Of a stretch of 64,000 bases of DNA, positions 30,509 to 40,518 are shown piece by piece. The DNA lies in contig CAXXTB010000001.1 in assembly GCA_963676795.2 (NCBI GenBank), positions 1,024,001 through 1,088,000 of the forward strand. Direction: 5' to 3'. The notes beneath the pieces were generated by a model. It was not told the origin of the DNA and made no database searches. It saw only the letters and a program-made list of their open reading frames with translations. How positions within the stretch are numbered: the stretch's first letter is position 1; each line of letters begins with the position of its first letter. The DNA comes from Geopsychrobacteraceae bacterium. GTDB lineage: Bacteria; Desulfobacterota; Desulfuromonadia; Desulfuromonadales; Geopsychrobacteraceae. Both the position numbers and the translations under genes were made by a program.

Positions 30509-32026
30509 ATGACTGCAACTATGGAATGCAAACTGAAGGAAAGATCTGAAGCGAAGGAGATTGCCAGACGGTGTCAGTCCGACATTGAGCTGCCAGAAGG
30601 AAAACTGTCTGCCAGGCAAAGAGTCGAAGTTTTGGTTGACCCTGGAACCTTTCAGGAACTTGACCTGTTCCTGACTTCGGCCGAAAGTGAGTTCAACCCG
30701 GATGTCGGTGGTAGAACGACAGACGGTGTTATCACCGGCTACGCTGAAGTCGGAGGTCGGCCGATTTTTGTCTGGTCCCAGGATGGAGAGATTCTCGGCG
30801 GCAGTGTCGGTGTCATTCATGCGAAGAAAATTACCTGGCTTTACGAAAAAGCCCTGCAGATGAGGATCCCGATTGTCGGTTTTGTCGACTCGGTCGGGGA
30901 ACGAGCCGAAGATCTGGTGGAGTATCCGCATGTCTATTCTATCGAGTCGATCTGTCAGGTTCAGGTCGATGCCTCTGGTGTGATTCCGCAGGTCGTTATG
31001 GTGATGGGGGCCTGTCTGGGCGGGATGGCCCTGGTCGCGTCAATGGCGGATGTGCTGTTCATGGTCCGTGACAATTGCTACATGCAGCTCAACGAAGGGG
31101 ATAGCGCCGAATCGGTCGGTGCTTCCAAGAATCATGCAAGGAAAACCGGTGGCTGCGAAGTCCTGGCTGATGATGATAATGATTGTATTCACAGGTGCCG
31201 CAACCTGTTGAGTTTCCTGCCTCAACACAATCAGGAGCCGCCACCGTTTGTCGATACCGGCGACGATCCCAACCGCAAAGAAGAATCACTGCTGGAGATT
31301 GTTCCGGTCGCTGAAAACCAGGGCTTTGACATGCTCAAGGTTATTGACCTGATCGTTGACAATGGTGAGTTTTTCGAAATCAAGCCTTATTGGGCCAATA
31401 ATCTCATTACCGGCCTGGCCCGTCTGGGTGGGCAGACTGTGGGCATCCTCGCCAACAATCCGAAAAATAAAGCGGGCTGTATGACGCTGGACGCGGCAGA
31501 TAAAATGACGCGTCTCGTCCGTTTCTGCGACGCCTACAGCATCCCGCTGATCTGGCTGGCCGATTGCCCCGGCTTTATGCCTTCGGTCAAGGAAGAAACC
31601 AGGGGGCTGATTCGGCATGGCTGTAAAACGATCTATGCCAATTCTCAGGCGACCGTACCTCAGATTACCGTCTCGATCCGCAAGCTCTATGGCGGCGGCG
31701 GGCTGGCCATGCCCGGAACCGGCCTCGGCGGAGATCTCTATGTGAGTTGGCCTGTTTTGGCCCGCGGGGTCATGGGGGTCGACGGCGCTGTGGCCATTCT
31801 CTACAAAGGTGAACTCTCTGCCATCAAAGATGAGGAAGAACGTGAAAAACAACGCCAGAAAAGGCGTGTTGACATAGCCGAACGGATGAAGCTGGCTGAG
31901 TTGCAACAGCCTCAGGACTTTATCGACCCTCGCGAGACAAGACCCTTTTTGATCAATGCCCTGAAGATGCTCAGAAACAAGAAACGTGAACTGCCACCGC
32001 GCAAACACGGCAACATCCGGCTTTAG
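30509..32026 (+). CDS. Acyl-CoA carboxyltransferase subunit 1
   Basis: GKLSARQRV, DGVITG, DCPGFMP, RKLYGGG, IDPRETR and KHGNIRL motifs. Confidence 0.9.
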   Translation: MTATMECKLKERSEAKEIARRCQSDIELPEGKLSARQRVEVLVDPGTFQELDLFLTSAESEFNPDVGGRTTDGVITGYAEVGGRPIFVWSQDGEILGGSVGVIHAKKITWLYEKALQMRIPIVGFVDSVGERAEDLVEYPHVYSIESICQVQVDASGVIPQVVMVMGACLGGMALVASMADVLFMVRDNCYMQLNEGDSAESVGASKNHARKTGGCEVLADDDNDCIHRCRNLLSFLPQHNQEPPPFVDTGDDPNRKEESLLEIVPVAENQGFDMLKVIDLIVDNGEFFEIKPYWANNLITGLARLGGQTVGILANNPKNKAGCMTLDAADKMTRLVRFCDAYSIPLIWLADCPGFMPSVKEETRGLIRHGCKTIYANSQATVPQITVSIRKLYGGGGLAMPGTGLGGDLYVSWPVLARGVMGVDGAVAILYKGELSAIKDEEEREKQRQKRRVDIAERMKLAELQQPQDFIDPRETRPFLINALKMLRNKKRELPPRKHGNIRL

Positions 32027-32039
32027 TTGGAGTGCAGAT

Positions 32040-33530
32040 ATGGATATGAAAGCAAAATTGAGTGAATACCGTGAAGTCGAGGCCACGTTGTCCGTTGGCG
32101 GCGGGCAAAAAGCGATCGACAGGCAGCATGCGACCGGCAAGCTGACCGCCTGGGAAAGGATGGCTCTGCTCTTTGATCCGAGAACATTTAAAGAGTTGGA
32201 TTTGCTGGCCAAACCATTCAAAACCGGTTTCGATATCGACAATCGTGATATTCCGCGCGATGCGATCATTACTGGTTATGGGAAGGTCAACGGCCGCAGG
32301 GTTTACGCGGCATGCTATGATTATACGACCGTCGCCGGCTCGCAAGGGTCGATGCAGATGCTCAAGCTGGTTAAAATCATGGAGCAGGCCAGAAAAGAAG
32401 GGCTGCCCTATGTCTCGATCATCGATTCCTCCGGCCGTCGAATCCAGGATCGTTTCGGTAAGTTCGGCTATCGGGTGCCAATCAGGGTGGATGATTGCGG
32501 TGAGGGCAACCTTGATATGTTCGGCCCCCCCATGTCCTCAGGAATTATTCCTCAGATCAGCCTGATGCTCGGACCGGCCTATGCGGGTACCGCGTACTGC
32601 CCGATGATGAGCGATTTTCTGATCTTCCGCAAAGAACTCTCCTTCATGTCGGTCGCCTCACCGACTCTGTTGAAGACCGCGACCGGCGCGGATGTTACTC
32701 AGGATGAGATCGGCGGCGCCCGCTTGCATGCGGAGATCACGGGTTCGGCGGATCTGCTTGTCGACAGTGATGAAGAGGCGTTGGCCAAATGTCGTGAACT
32801 GCTCAGCTATCTGCCGTCCAACTGGACAGAGCAGCCGCCCGAACGTCAAACTAACGACGATCCGCAACGACAGATAGAAGAACTCCTGTCGATTGTTCCG
32901 AAAGATGAGTGCAATGGTATCGATATGCGCCGGTTGATTTCCCTGGTCGTTGATGACGGCCGGTTTTTCGAGGTGGCACCGCTCTTTGCTCAGAACATGA
33001 TCACCGGATTTGCCACTTTAGGTGGGAAGACCGTTGGTATTGTTGCCAACAATTCTCTGGTCAAGGATGGTTCGCTGGACGTTAACGCCTGCGACAAGCA
33101 TGCCCATTTTGTCAGAACCTGCGACTGTTTCAATGTCCCAATCGTCTCGCTGGTTGACAGCACAGGGTTTACGGAAGGTGCGCAAAGTCCGGAAGGGCTT
33201 GAGAAACACGCGGCGAAACCTGTATTTGCCATGTGTGAAGCAAGCGTACCCAAAGTCGTGCTTTATATCAGGAAGGTCTACGGGACCACCCGCCTGGTGA
33301 TGGGAGGGCGCGGGATGAAAGTCGATTCTGTAATCGCCTGGCCTTCGGTCGATTTCAACTATGGTCCATTCCCGATTAAGGAACCCTACAATTCCGGAGC
33401 CATCATGGCCTTTGAAGAGGTCATCGATCCGAGAGCAACAAGGGCGGTACTCGTCGACCGATTGGAAAGGTTGTCAGTGAAAATGCCAGAGGCCAAGCCT
33501 TGGCGTAAGCATGGACTCATTCAGTTCTAA
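32040..33530 (+). CDS. Acyl-CoA carboxyltransferase subunit 2
   Basis: RQHATGKLTAWER, DSSGRRIQD, EIGGARLH, IDPRATR and KHGLIQF motifs. Confidence 0.9.
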   Translation: MDMKAKLSEYREVEATLSVGGGQKAIDRQHATGKLTAWERMALLFDPRTFKELDLLAKPFKTGFDIDNRDIPRDAIITGYGKVNGRRVYAACYDYTTVAGSQGSMQMLKLVKIMEQARKEGLPYVSIIDSSGRRIQDRFGKFGYRVPIRVDDCGEGNLDMFGPPMSSGIIPQISLMLGPAYAGTAYCPMMSDFLIFRKELSFMSVASPTLLKTATGADVTQDEIGGARLHAEITGSADLLVDSDEEALAKCRELLSYLPSNWTEQPPERQTNDDPQRQIEELLSIVPKDECNGIDMRRLISLVVDDGRFFEVAPLFAQNMITGFATLGGKTVGIVANNSLVKDGSLDVNACDKHAHFVRTCDCFNVPIVSLVDSTGFTEGAQSPEGLEKHAAKPVFAMCEASVPKVVLYIRKVYGTTRLVMGGRGMKVDSVIAWPSVDFNYGPFPIKEPYNSGAIMAFEEVIDPRATRAVLVDRLERLSVKMPEAKPWRKHGLIQF

Positions 33531-33604
33531 CTTTTCTGCTCTCAAGCTGAAAGCGAGATATCCAAAAGTCCTAGTGTCAGCATTTGATCAAGGAGTCTAA
33601 GACA

Positions 33605-34396
33605 GTGGAATACACAAACCTTGTTTATCAATTCGATGAAGAGACCGGCATTGCCTGGCTCAGTATTAACAGGCCTGAGGTCAAAAATGCGCTGAACCGC
33701 GAGACTCGCCAAGAGCTCAGAACTGTCGTTGACAGTTTGAATCATGATTACTCAGTCAAGGTTTTGATCATCACCGGAGCTGGCGAAGATTCTTTTGTTG
33801 CCGGCGCCGACATTGTTGAGTTTCAAAATGCAAAGCCGGTCGAGATCGAAGAATTTGCTTCAACTCTCGGTCAGGCCCTGACAACCGATATCTCAAATCT
33901 GCCAATGCCCGTCATCGCCATGATCAATGGCTATTGTTTTGGTGCTGGCTGCGAATTGGCGATGGCTTGTGACATAAGAATTGCTTCCGACAACTCAAAA
34001 TTCGGCCAGCTGGAAATCAATCTGGGGTTGATTCCCGGAGCCGGGGGAACCCAGCGACTGCCACACCTGGTCGGCGCCGGCAGAGCCAAAGAGATCATGT
34101 TCTCCGGCCGAATCCTCAAAGCTGATGAAGCGGAAAGAATCGGCTGGATCGACAGAATGGTTCCTCAGGCAGAATTGGAAGAAGCAGTGACCCGGCTCGC
34201 TGAAACCATTGCGTCCAAGAGTTCGTTAATCCAGCGGATCCTCAAAAAAACCATTAACAATGGTTTGAACACAGACCTGCAAAGCGGCCTGGCATGTGAA
34301 AAAGCCAACTTTGCCCTGTGTTTTGACACAGAAGACATCCGTGAAGGGATCGACGCCTTCCGCAATAAACGCAAAGCGCAATTTTCCGGTAAATAA
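33605..34396 (+). CDS. Enoyl-CoA hydratase (crotonase-like)
   Basis: FVAGADI, GAGCELAMACD and GQLEINLGLIPGAGGTQRL, with both catalytic Glu; GTG start after AAGGAG. Confidence 0.92.
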   Translation: MEYTNLVYQFDEETGIAWLSINRPEVKNALNRETRQELRTVVDSLNHDYSVKVLIITGAGEDSFVAGADIVEFQNAKPVEIEEFASTLGQALTTDISNLPMPVIAMINGYCFGAGCELAMACDIRIASDNSKFGQLEINLGLIPGAGGTQRLPHLVGAGRAKEIMFSGRILKADEAERIGWIDRMVPQAELEEAVTRLAETIASKSSLIQRILKKTINNGLNTDLQSGLACEKANFALCFDTEDIREGIDAFRNKRKAQFSGK

Positions 34397-34412
34397 CTAG
34401 AGAGGTACTCCT

Positions 34413-35285
34413 ATGATCAACGAAGTTGCTGTTATTGGGGCCGGTACCATGGGCCATGGGATCGCTCAGATTTGTGCCCAGGCCGGAATCAAAGTCATGC
34501 TGTTCGACCAAACAGATGAGTTTGTTCAATCTGGTCTGGGCAGAATAGATGATTTTCTGAAGAAAGGGGTTGACCGCCAGAAAATATCGTATGAACAGGC
34601 GGAGCAAGCGTTGAACCGAATTCAGGGGACCACCTGTCTGGATGATGCGGTAAGGAATGCCGATCTGATCGTTGAGGCTATTCCGGAAAAAATGGAGCTC
34701 AAAAAAGAATTCTTCAAAGGCCTGATCAGCAAGTGCAAAGATACTGCAATCTGGGCATCCAATACCTCTACCCTGAGTATCACCGAAATGGCATCCGTCA
34801 GTGAAAAACCTCAACAGTTTATCGGCATGCATTTCTTCAATCCGGTTCAGTTGATGACGCCGATCGAAATCATCAAAGGGATTTTGACCAGCGAAGAGAC
34901 CCTGAAGGCGATCACTGAGCTGACTGTCAAGCTGGGGAAAACGCCGATTGTCGTCAAGGATTCGCCTGGCTTTGCCAGCACTAGACTGGGCGTCGAACTG
35001 TTTCTCGAGGCCAGTCGTATGCTCGAGGAGGGGGTCGCATCAGTCAAGGATATAGACAACGGCGCAAAACTGTTCTATGGCCACAAAATGGGGCCTTTCG
35101 AGACCTGCGACCTGGTCGGTCTTGATTCGAGGCTGAACAATCTGAAGTCTCTTCAGGAATCAACAGGAAATCCGAAGTGGGCTCCGCCATTGTTGCTCAA
35201 ACAACTGGTTTCCTCTTCGTACCTGGGCACCAAGCCTGCCAGCAAGGGGGGGTATTACAAGTATTTTGGCATTGAAGACGATTGA
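34413..35285 (+). CDS. hbd: 3-hydroxybutyryl-CoA dehydrogenase
   Basis: GAGTMGHGIAQ, EAIPE, SNTS, GMHFFNP and MGPFETCDLVGLD motifs. Confidence 0.9.
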   Translation: MINEVAVIGAGTMGHGIAQICAQAGIKVMLFDQTDEFVQSGLGRIDDFLKKGVDRQKISYEQAEQALNRIQGTTCLDDAVRNADLIVEAIPEKMELKKEFFKGLISKCKDTAIWASNTSTLSITEMASVSEKPQQFIGMHFFNPVQLMTPIEIIKGILTSEETLKAITELTVKLGKTPIVVKDSPGFASTRLGVELFLEASRMLEEGVASVKDIDNGAKLFYGHKMGPFETCDLVGLDSRLNNLKSLQESTGNPKWAPPLLLKQLVSSSYLGTKPASKGGYYKYFGIEDD

Positions 35286-35422
35286 GGGATGAATAAACTC
35301 AATTCTCCCGCAATGCAGTATCCAGCTCTTTCTATGGTAGACTTTTGAATTGGGTCGAGTAACAGGCCGTGTCGTCAAGTGTTGATTGATGCTTGAGATG
35401 TTATCGAAAAGGAGGAGTGACA

Positions 35423-36355
35423 ATGATTGATGAGGTTTCAGGGGATCTGCTGCAATGGTTGCGGGGTTTTTATTATGTGGCGATGGAAGGGAATATCAGA
35501 CTGGCGGCTCTCGCCATGGGGAGGGAGAAGCCGACAATCAGTCGTCAGATTAAACGGTTGGAACAGGAATTGGGGGTGATCCTTTTTGATCGTTCTTCCG
35601 GGAAGATGACAATAACGACCGATGGTGAAAAACTCCTTGAGGAAGCCCGAATCCTCTTCGAATGTGTCAAATTTATTAAAGGGAGTTTTGCAAAAGGAGA
35701 ATCTCAATTCAAGGGGAAAATTGCTATGGCCGTTTCCCCGGCGATTGTCGGCAATATTTTGCCGGAATATATTGACGATTTCTTGAAGCGCTTCCCTGAA
35801 ACAAAATTTCATATTACCGGAGGTACCAGGGAAAGGATTCTGGAAGAAGTAGATTCTTCGAAGGTCGATTTTGGAATCTGCTTATCAACCGGCTACGAAA
35901 AATCCTTTCAGTGTTATGATTTTTTTGAATCAGGGTCAATATTGATTGCCCCCAAAAATAATTCATTTTTCGCTAAAAATAAAATTCCCTCTTTAGAGGA
36001 AATCTCTAAATCTCCTCTTATTTTCCTTTCTCATCAAGGTTTGTCGTCGGCTATCGAGGATTGCTTCGTGGAAAGAGATCTTGATTTGAATATAGTTGTT
36101 ACACATAATAATCATGATCATGTTAAGAAATTCGTTCGTTACGGAATGGGATCTTCTATATTAGCTTCACATTGTGTTTCTTCTGATGAAAAAGAGTTTT
36201 TTGATACATATAATCTTGATGAATATTTTCCAAGGAGAAAATATTCTATTGTTCTTAAGAAAAAGAAATATGCATCACCCTTAATTAGAGAATTTATCAA
36301 ATATTTGAATCCTGATATTGATTTGCCTTCGCCAATGGATATCTATACTGAATAA
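35423..36355 (+). CDS. LysR family transcriptional regulator (candidate regulon activator)
   Basis: LRGFYYVA...KPTISRQIKRLEQELGVILFDRS HTH; strong GGAGG RBS. Confidence 0.9.
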   Translation: MIDEVSGDLLQWLRGFYYVAMEGNIRLAALAMGREKPTISRQIKRLEQELGVILFDRSSGKMTITTDGEKLLEEARILFECVKFIKGSFAKGESQFKGKIAMAVSPAIVGNILPEYIDDFLKRFPETKFHITGGTRERILEEVDSSKVDFGICLSTGYEKSFQCYDFFESGSILIAPKNNSFFAKNKIPSLEEISKSPLIFLSHQGLSSAIEDCFVERDLDLNIVVTHNNHDHVKKFVRYGMGSSILASHCVSSDEKEFFDTYNLDEYFPRRKYSIVLKKKKYASPLIREFIKYLNPDIDLPSPMDIYTE

Positions 36356-36618
36356 ATGCTGAGAACAGTTTTTCCTCTTATGGTTGATTGTTGTGGCACC
36401 AGATAAATGGAATGTTCTTTTGGGCTAGGCAGGACGCCGTGCACATCAATTTATTTCCTGAAGTGACAGAGCGGTGTTCATCGGCAAAACACCGCAAAAG
36501 ATCTAATTCAATAGGTTCTCTCGTATATTTATCTTTTGACCGCGAGGTTATACTTTGTCGTGGGCTGAGTGCAATCCCTCGTTATTCTTATTGAACTTAA
36601 GTCCCATTCCCATTGCCA

Positions 36619-36684
36619 GTTAGGAAATATCTAACGGCTATAAGGAATTAGTGAATAGATTGAAATAGGGGGCAGTGATATAAA
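36619..36684 (+). promoter_or_regulatory. Regulon promoter copy C
   Basis: GTT-aggaaatatct-AAC, then TAAGGAATTAGTGAATAGAT, then GTGATATAAA. Confidence 0.8.
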
Positions 36685-36933
36685 AAATTAACGGATGAGT
36701 TAAGCGGTTTAGCTGCCACACTGCTTTTATCTGGAGAGCAGCAAGTTCGTCATTTTGAGTGAAACTTATGTTGGGCAGAGGTAAGTTCCTGTAGCCCGGT
36801 TCTGTGGGTATTCGCAATATAAGTGGATGTAGGTTAGTCGAAGGGGATTCTTGGTATTTTTATCAGTCTTCATTTTTGGGTTAGGAAGTTCAGGATCGGT
36901 TAAAGGTCGACCTTTGTGATTAGTGCAGATTTT

Positions 36934-36947
36934 TGCTCTTTGACAAT
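36934..36947 (+). promoter_or_regulatory. boxA-like element in a long 5' leader
   Basis: TGCTCTTTGACAAT; its first 12 nt differ by one base from the E. coli rrn boxA TGCTCTTTAACA. Confidence 0.45.
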
Positions 36948-37327
36948 CTGTGTTTCGTTGGCTGCTCGCAGATTTTTTTAGGGGAGTTTGTAATTAGCTG
37001 AATTTTGATATTTCAATTCTCATTTTTGACTTCTGTTTCTGAGCTTGATTCAACTTTTCGCTTCCCGGGTAGCCTGCCAATTCAGCTGGCTGTTGTAGTA
37101 AATCGGCCTCTGTTTATCTATATTTCTCGATCAATACTGTTCTTTGATCTGTTCAGGCGGTGTATTCCGTCGTCGCTTGTGGCCTCTTTAATATATGTCG
37201 AAAAGTCAGCGAAACACTGATTTCATGTTTCTCTCCTATGTTTATGGGAAGAGCATGGGAAGCGTAAGAGGTTGGTCTGCTCTTGTGTGTTGAGGATATT
37301 TATTTCCAACTGATTCAGGTGATATTT

Positions 37328-37462
37328 ATGGGCGAATTGTTGAGGGTCTTTATTGTTGGGGTCGCCGGTGTTTTTGTCGTTATGGCTGTTTTGTATTTTG
37401 TCATTATTCTGGTTGGCAAGGTCGCTACTGGTATAGCACAGAGGACTTCCCATGACTCATAG
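37328..37462 (+). CDS. OadG-like single-TM subunit of a Na+-translocating decarboxylase (44 aa)
   Basis: Below the ORF-track cutoff: MGELLRVFIVGVAGVFVVMAVLYFVIILVGKVATGIAQRTSHDS; AGGTGA RBS; overlaps the start of the beta-subunit gene. Confidence 0.75.
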   Translation: MGELLRVFIVGVAGVFVVMAVLYFVIILVGKVATGIAQRTSHDS

Positions 37463-38570
37463 TATTGCGGATATCTTCCAGACGACCGGGTTGTTTCATA
37501 TCACTCCCGGTATCATTGTCATGTGGGTCATTGCCTTTATCCTGATTTACCTGGCCATAGCCAAGCAATATGAACCGCTGCTTCTGCTGCCGATCGGCTT
37601 TGGGATTTTGCTGGCGAACCTTCCTCTGGCAGGCCTGATGTCGCCCGGTGAAGGCTTGTTGTGGCGGTTCTATCAGTACGGAATTCAATGGGAAGTTATC
37701 CCGCCGTTGATTTTTCTCGGTCTTGGCGCGATGACCGACTTCGGGCCACTGCTTGCCAAACCAAAACTGATTTTTCTCGGTGCTGGAGCCCAGGCCGGTG
37801 TCTATTTGACCTTTTTTGCTGCCAGTATGTTTGGCTTCAACCTTCAGGAGGCCGCTTCAATCGGTATCATCGGTGGGGCTGACGGTCCAACCAGTATCTT
37901 TCTTGCCAGTAAAATGGCGCCACAACTTTTGGGCAGTATTGCTGTTGCCGCATATTCCTATATGGCCCTGGTGCCGATCATTCAGCCGCCGATCATGAGG
38001 TTGCTGACCACCAAAAATGAGCGGGTCATCCGCATGAGCAAGGGGCGTAAGGTCAGCCAACTGGAAAAGATCATTTTTCCGATCGCCGCAACGATTGTTA
38101 TCGTCGTGCTGTTGCCAGCGGCGGCCCCACTGATGGCGATGTTCATGGTCGGTAACCTGTTCCGCGAAGCCAAGGTTGTCGAGCGCCTGACCGGAGCCGC
38201 GCAGAATGAGCTGATGAATATCCTGACCATCTTTCTTGGTCTGCCGGTCGGTGCCACAATGAATGCGGAAAATTTCCTGCAGGTAAGAGTAATTTTCATC
38301 TTCATTGCCGGTCTGCTAGCCTTTATCTTCAGTACTGCGGCCGGGATCATTCTGGCAAAATTCATGAACCTGTTCAGTAAGGACAAGATTAATCCGCTGC
38401 TTGGAGCGGCCGGCGTTTCAGCCGTACCGATGGCGGCTCGTGTCGTCCATAACGTTGGCCAGCAGTATGACAAGAAAAACTACCTGCTTATGTTTGCCAT
38501 GGGGCCAAATGTCGCCGGAGTTATTGGAACCGTTGTGGCCGCTGGTATCTTTCTGACACTTTTGGGATAG
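37452..38570 (+). CDS. Sodium ion-translocating decarboxylase beta subunit (OadB/GcdB/MmdB family)
   Basis: YEPLLLLPIGFG, IGIIGGADGPT, AAYSYMALVPIIQPP, GVSAVPMAARV and GPNVAGVIG motifs. Confidence 0.95.
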   Translation: MTHSIADIFQTTGLFHITPGIIVMWVIAFILIYLAIAKQYEPLLLLPIGFGILLANLPLAGLMSPGEGLLWRFYQYGIQWEVIPPLIFLGLGAMTDFGPLLAKPKLIFLGAGAQAGVYLTFFAASMFGFNLQEAASIGIIGGADGPTSIFLASKMAPQLLGSIAVAAYSYMALVPIIQPPIMRLLTTKNERVIRMSKGRKVSQLEKIIFPIAATIVIVVLLPAAAPLMAMFMVGNLFREAKVVERLTGAAQNELMNILTIFLGLPVGATMNAENFLQVRVIFIFIAGLLAFIFSTAAGIILAKFMNLFSKDKINPLLGAAGVSAVPMAARVVHNVGQQYDKKNYLLMFAMGPNVAGVIGTVVAAGIFLTLLG

Positions 38571-38707
38571 GGGGAGGTTGAGAAGACGAAGGCTTCCCTT
38601 AGGCTTGTAGCTGCCAGACAACGGCGTGCTTCCCCTGCTGTCTGCTGGAAAATAGCTAATACCCCAGCTGAATTGGTGGATAATTTTCTTGAAAGGAGTA
38701 TTGATGT

Positions 38708-39628
38708 ATGTGGACTGATTACGACGTTATTGTCATTGGTGGAGGACCTGCCGGTTTGGCGGCCAGTCTTTATACCAGCCGAGCTGGATTGGAAACTTTG
38801 ATTCTTGAAAAAGGCGGACCAGGCGGTGAGTTGATGAATCGGCAGTTGATTGAAAATTATCCGGGTTTTAGTGCCGGAATTCAGGGGCCAGATCTTGGCT
38901 CAGCCATGTCTACACAAACAGAGTCTTTTGGGACGGAGTTTGAACTTGGCGCTGTAACCAGTATTGAAGTTAAGGATAATTTTAAAGTTGTTAAGACTGA
39001 AGAAGATAGCTTTTCCTGTAAAGGGATTATCATTGCAAGTGGATCGGTTAACAGAAAGCTAAATGTCCCCGGGGAGGAGGAGTTCAGTCACAAGGGCGTA
39101 TTTTACTGTGCAACCTGCGATGGCCCAGGTTTCGCCGATAAGGCTGTTCTTGTTGTTGGCGGAGGTGATTCTGGTGTCACTGAGGCGCTTGAGCTTTCAA
39201 GGTATTGCACAAAGGTAACGATTGTCGAGTTGATGGAAAAACCTAAGGCCTCACAAGTGTTACTGAACCGTGCCACCGAAAATCCGAAGATTGAACTTTT
39301 CTGTGCGACCAAGGTTAATCAGATTTTTGGCGATGATCATGTGTCCTCGGTTGAACTCGAAGACCTTGCTTCGGGTGAAAAGAGGAAGTTGGATGTTGAG
39401 GGGGTCTGCGTGCGCATTGGGCTTATTCCGAATACCCAGTTTCTGAACGGAGTGCTTGAGCTGACGCCACTTGGCCAGGTTCCTGTCAATATTAATATGG
39501 AAACCAGTATCCCTGGAATCCTGGCTGCTGGTGATGTTCGTCAATATTCTGCCGTGCAAATGGCGACGGCAACTGGTGATGGAGTTACGGCGGCAATGGC
39601 TCTCGGGCGGTATCTGGAAACCATATAG
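38708..39628 (+). CDS. Thioredoxin-disulfide reductase-like flavoprotein
   Basis: GGGPAGL, ENYPGF, CATCDG and AAGDV motifs; the HRR NADPH motif is absent. Confidence 0.9.
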   Translation: MWTDYDVIVIGGGPAGLAASLYTSRAGLETLILEKGGPGGELMNRQLIENYPGFSAGIQGPDLGSAMSTQTESFGTEFELGAVTSIEVKDNFKVVKTEEDSFSCKGIIIASGSVNRKLNVPGEEEFSHKGVFYCATCDGPGFADKAVLVVGGGDSGVTEALELSRYCTKVTIVELMEKPKASQVLLNRATENPKIELFCATKVNQIFGDDHVSSVELEDLASGEKRKLDVEGVCVRIGLIPNTQFLNGVLELTPLGQVPVNINMETSIPGILAAGDVRQYSAVQMATATGDGVTAAMALGRYLETI

Positions 39629-40346
39629 CATCAGTCTCGGATCGTTCAGCTATCTCTCTGAAGAGGCATGCTCTTGAAGACTTGAATGAATGCTGACTGG
39701 TGAACTGTGTTTGTTGTGGTTTCCCAAGAGCCGTAGAGCTGCAAGTCGGCTTTTACGAGGTGAATATTGAATTCTGAACAACGTAAAAAACAACCTCTAG
39801 GATTCTGATTGGGGCCTGATGACCAGTATTGCACATGCTGGTTGTTAGGCCATATTTTTAACGACGAGCCTTCAGTTGAAAGTTGGAGCGTGAGCCCCTT
39901 TCTTTTATATTCTCTTCTGTCTGTTTCCTTTGAGTGTCAGAGATTTTTCCTGTAAATCAAGGTGTTGTCATGTTTGTGGGACTGTGTAAATGAGCAGTCG
40001 CGGGCTGTGTTATTTGTGGCAAATTGGTGCATGTTGTCCTCTTTTGGCAATTTATTTTTGGCAGTAAACTTTGTCAGAATTTAAAATATTTAGCTTTGGT
40101 ATACGTTAAATATTTTGCATCGATTGCGCGATCAACACAAACAAGACTATTTGGGTTACTTTAGGAATGAGGAAAGTCATGGCAAGGATTATCAAGAAAT
40201 CGCTTTTGTCGTTGGGTTTCAGTAGGGCAAAGATTTACAGTCGTCGTCAGGCTTACGTTGAACAACGTATCTGGAAATTTTAGCCGTATAATTAGCTACC
40301 AGTGCCATGGGTTTGATCGGGGCTGCTGGCTTTCGGACTGCAAGTC

Positions 40347-40379
40347 AAAATCCCTGCCTGTACGGTGGGGATTTTTTTT
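40347..40379 (+). terminator. Intrinsic terminator
   Basis: AAAATCCCTGCC-TGTAC-GGTGGGGATTTTTTTT hairpin with U-tract. Confidence 0.7.
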
Positions 40380-40518
40380 CATGCTTGGCGTTACGAAGAT
40401 TCATGTTTCGCTGTATGACTCTATTTTAAATCAATTTTACCCCCTTCCTCCCTCTTCTGTTTTTTAGCCTTATCTCATATCTTCCAGTTTAAATTCGTTT
40501 TAAGATCCGTTTGCTGGT

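Noticed and set aside
31286..32269. 327 aa minus-strand ORF
   Set aside because: Antisense shadow of the carboxyltransferase genes.
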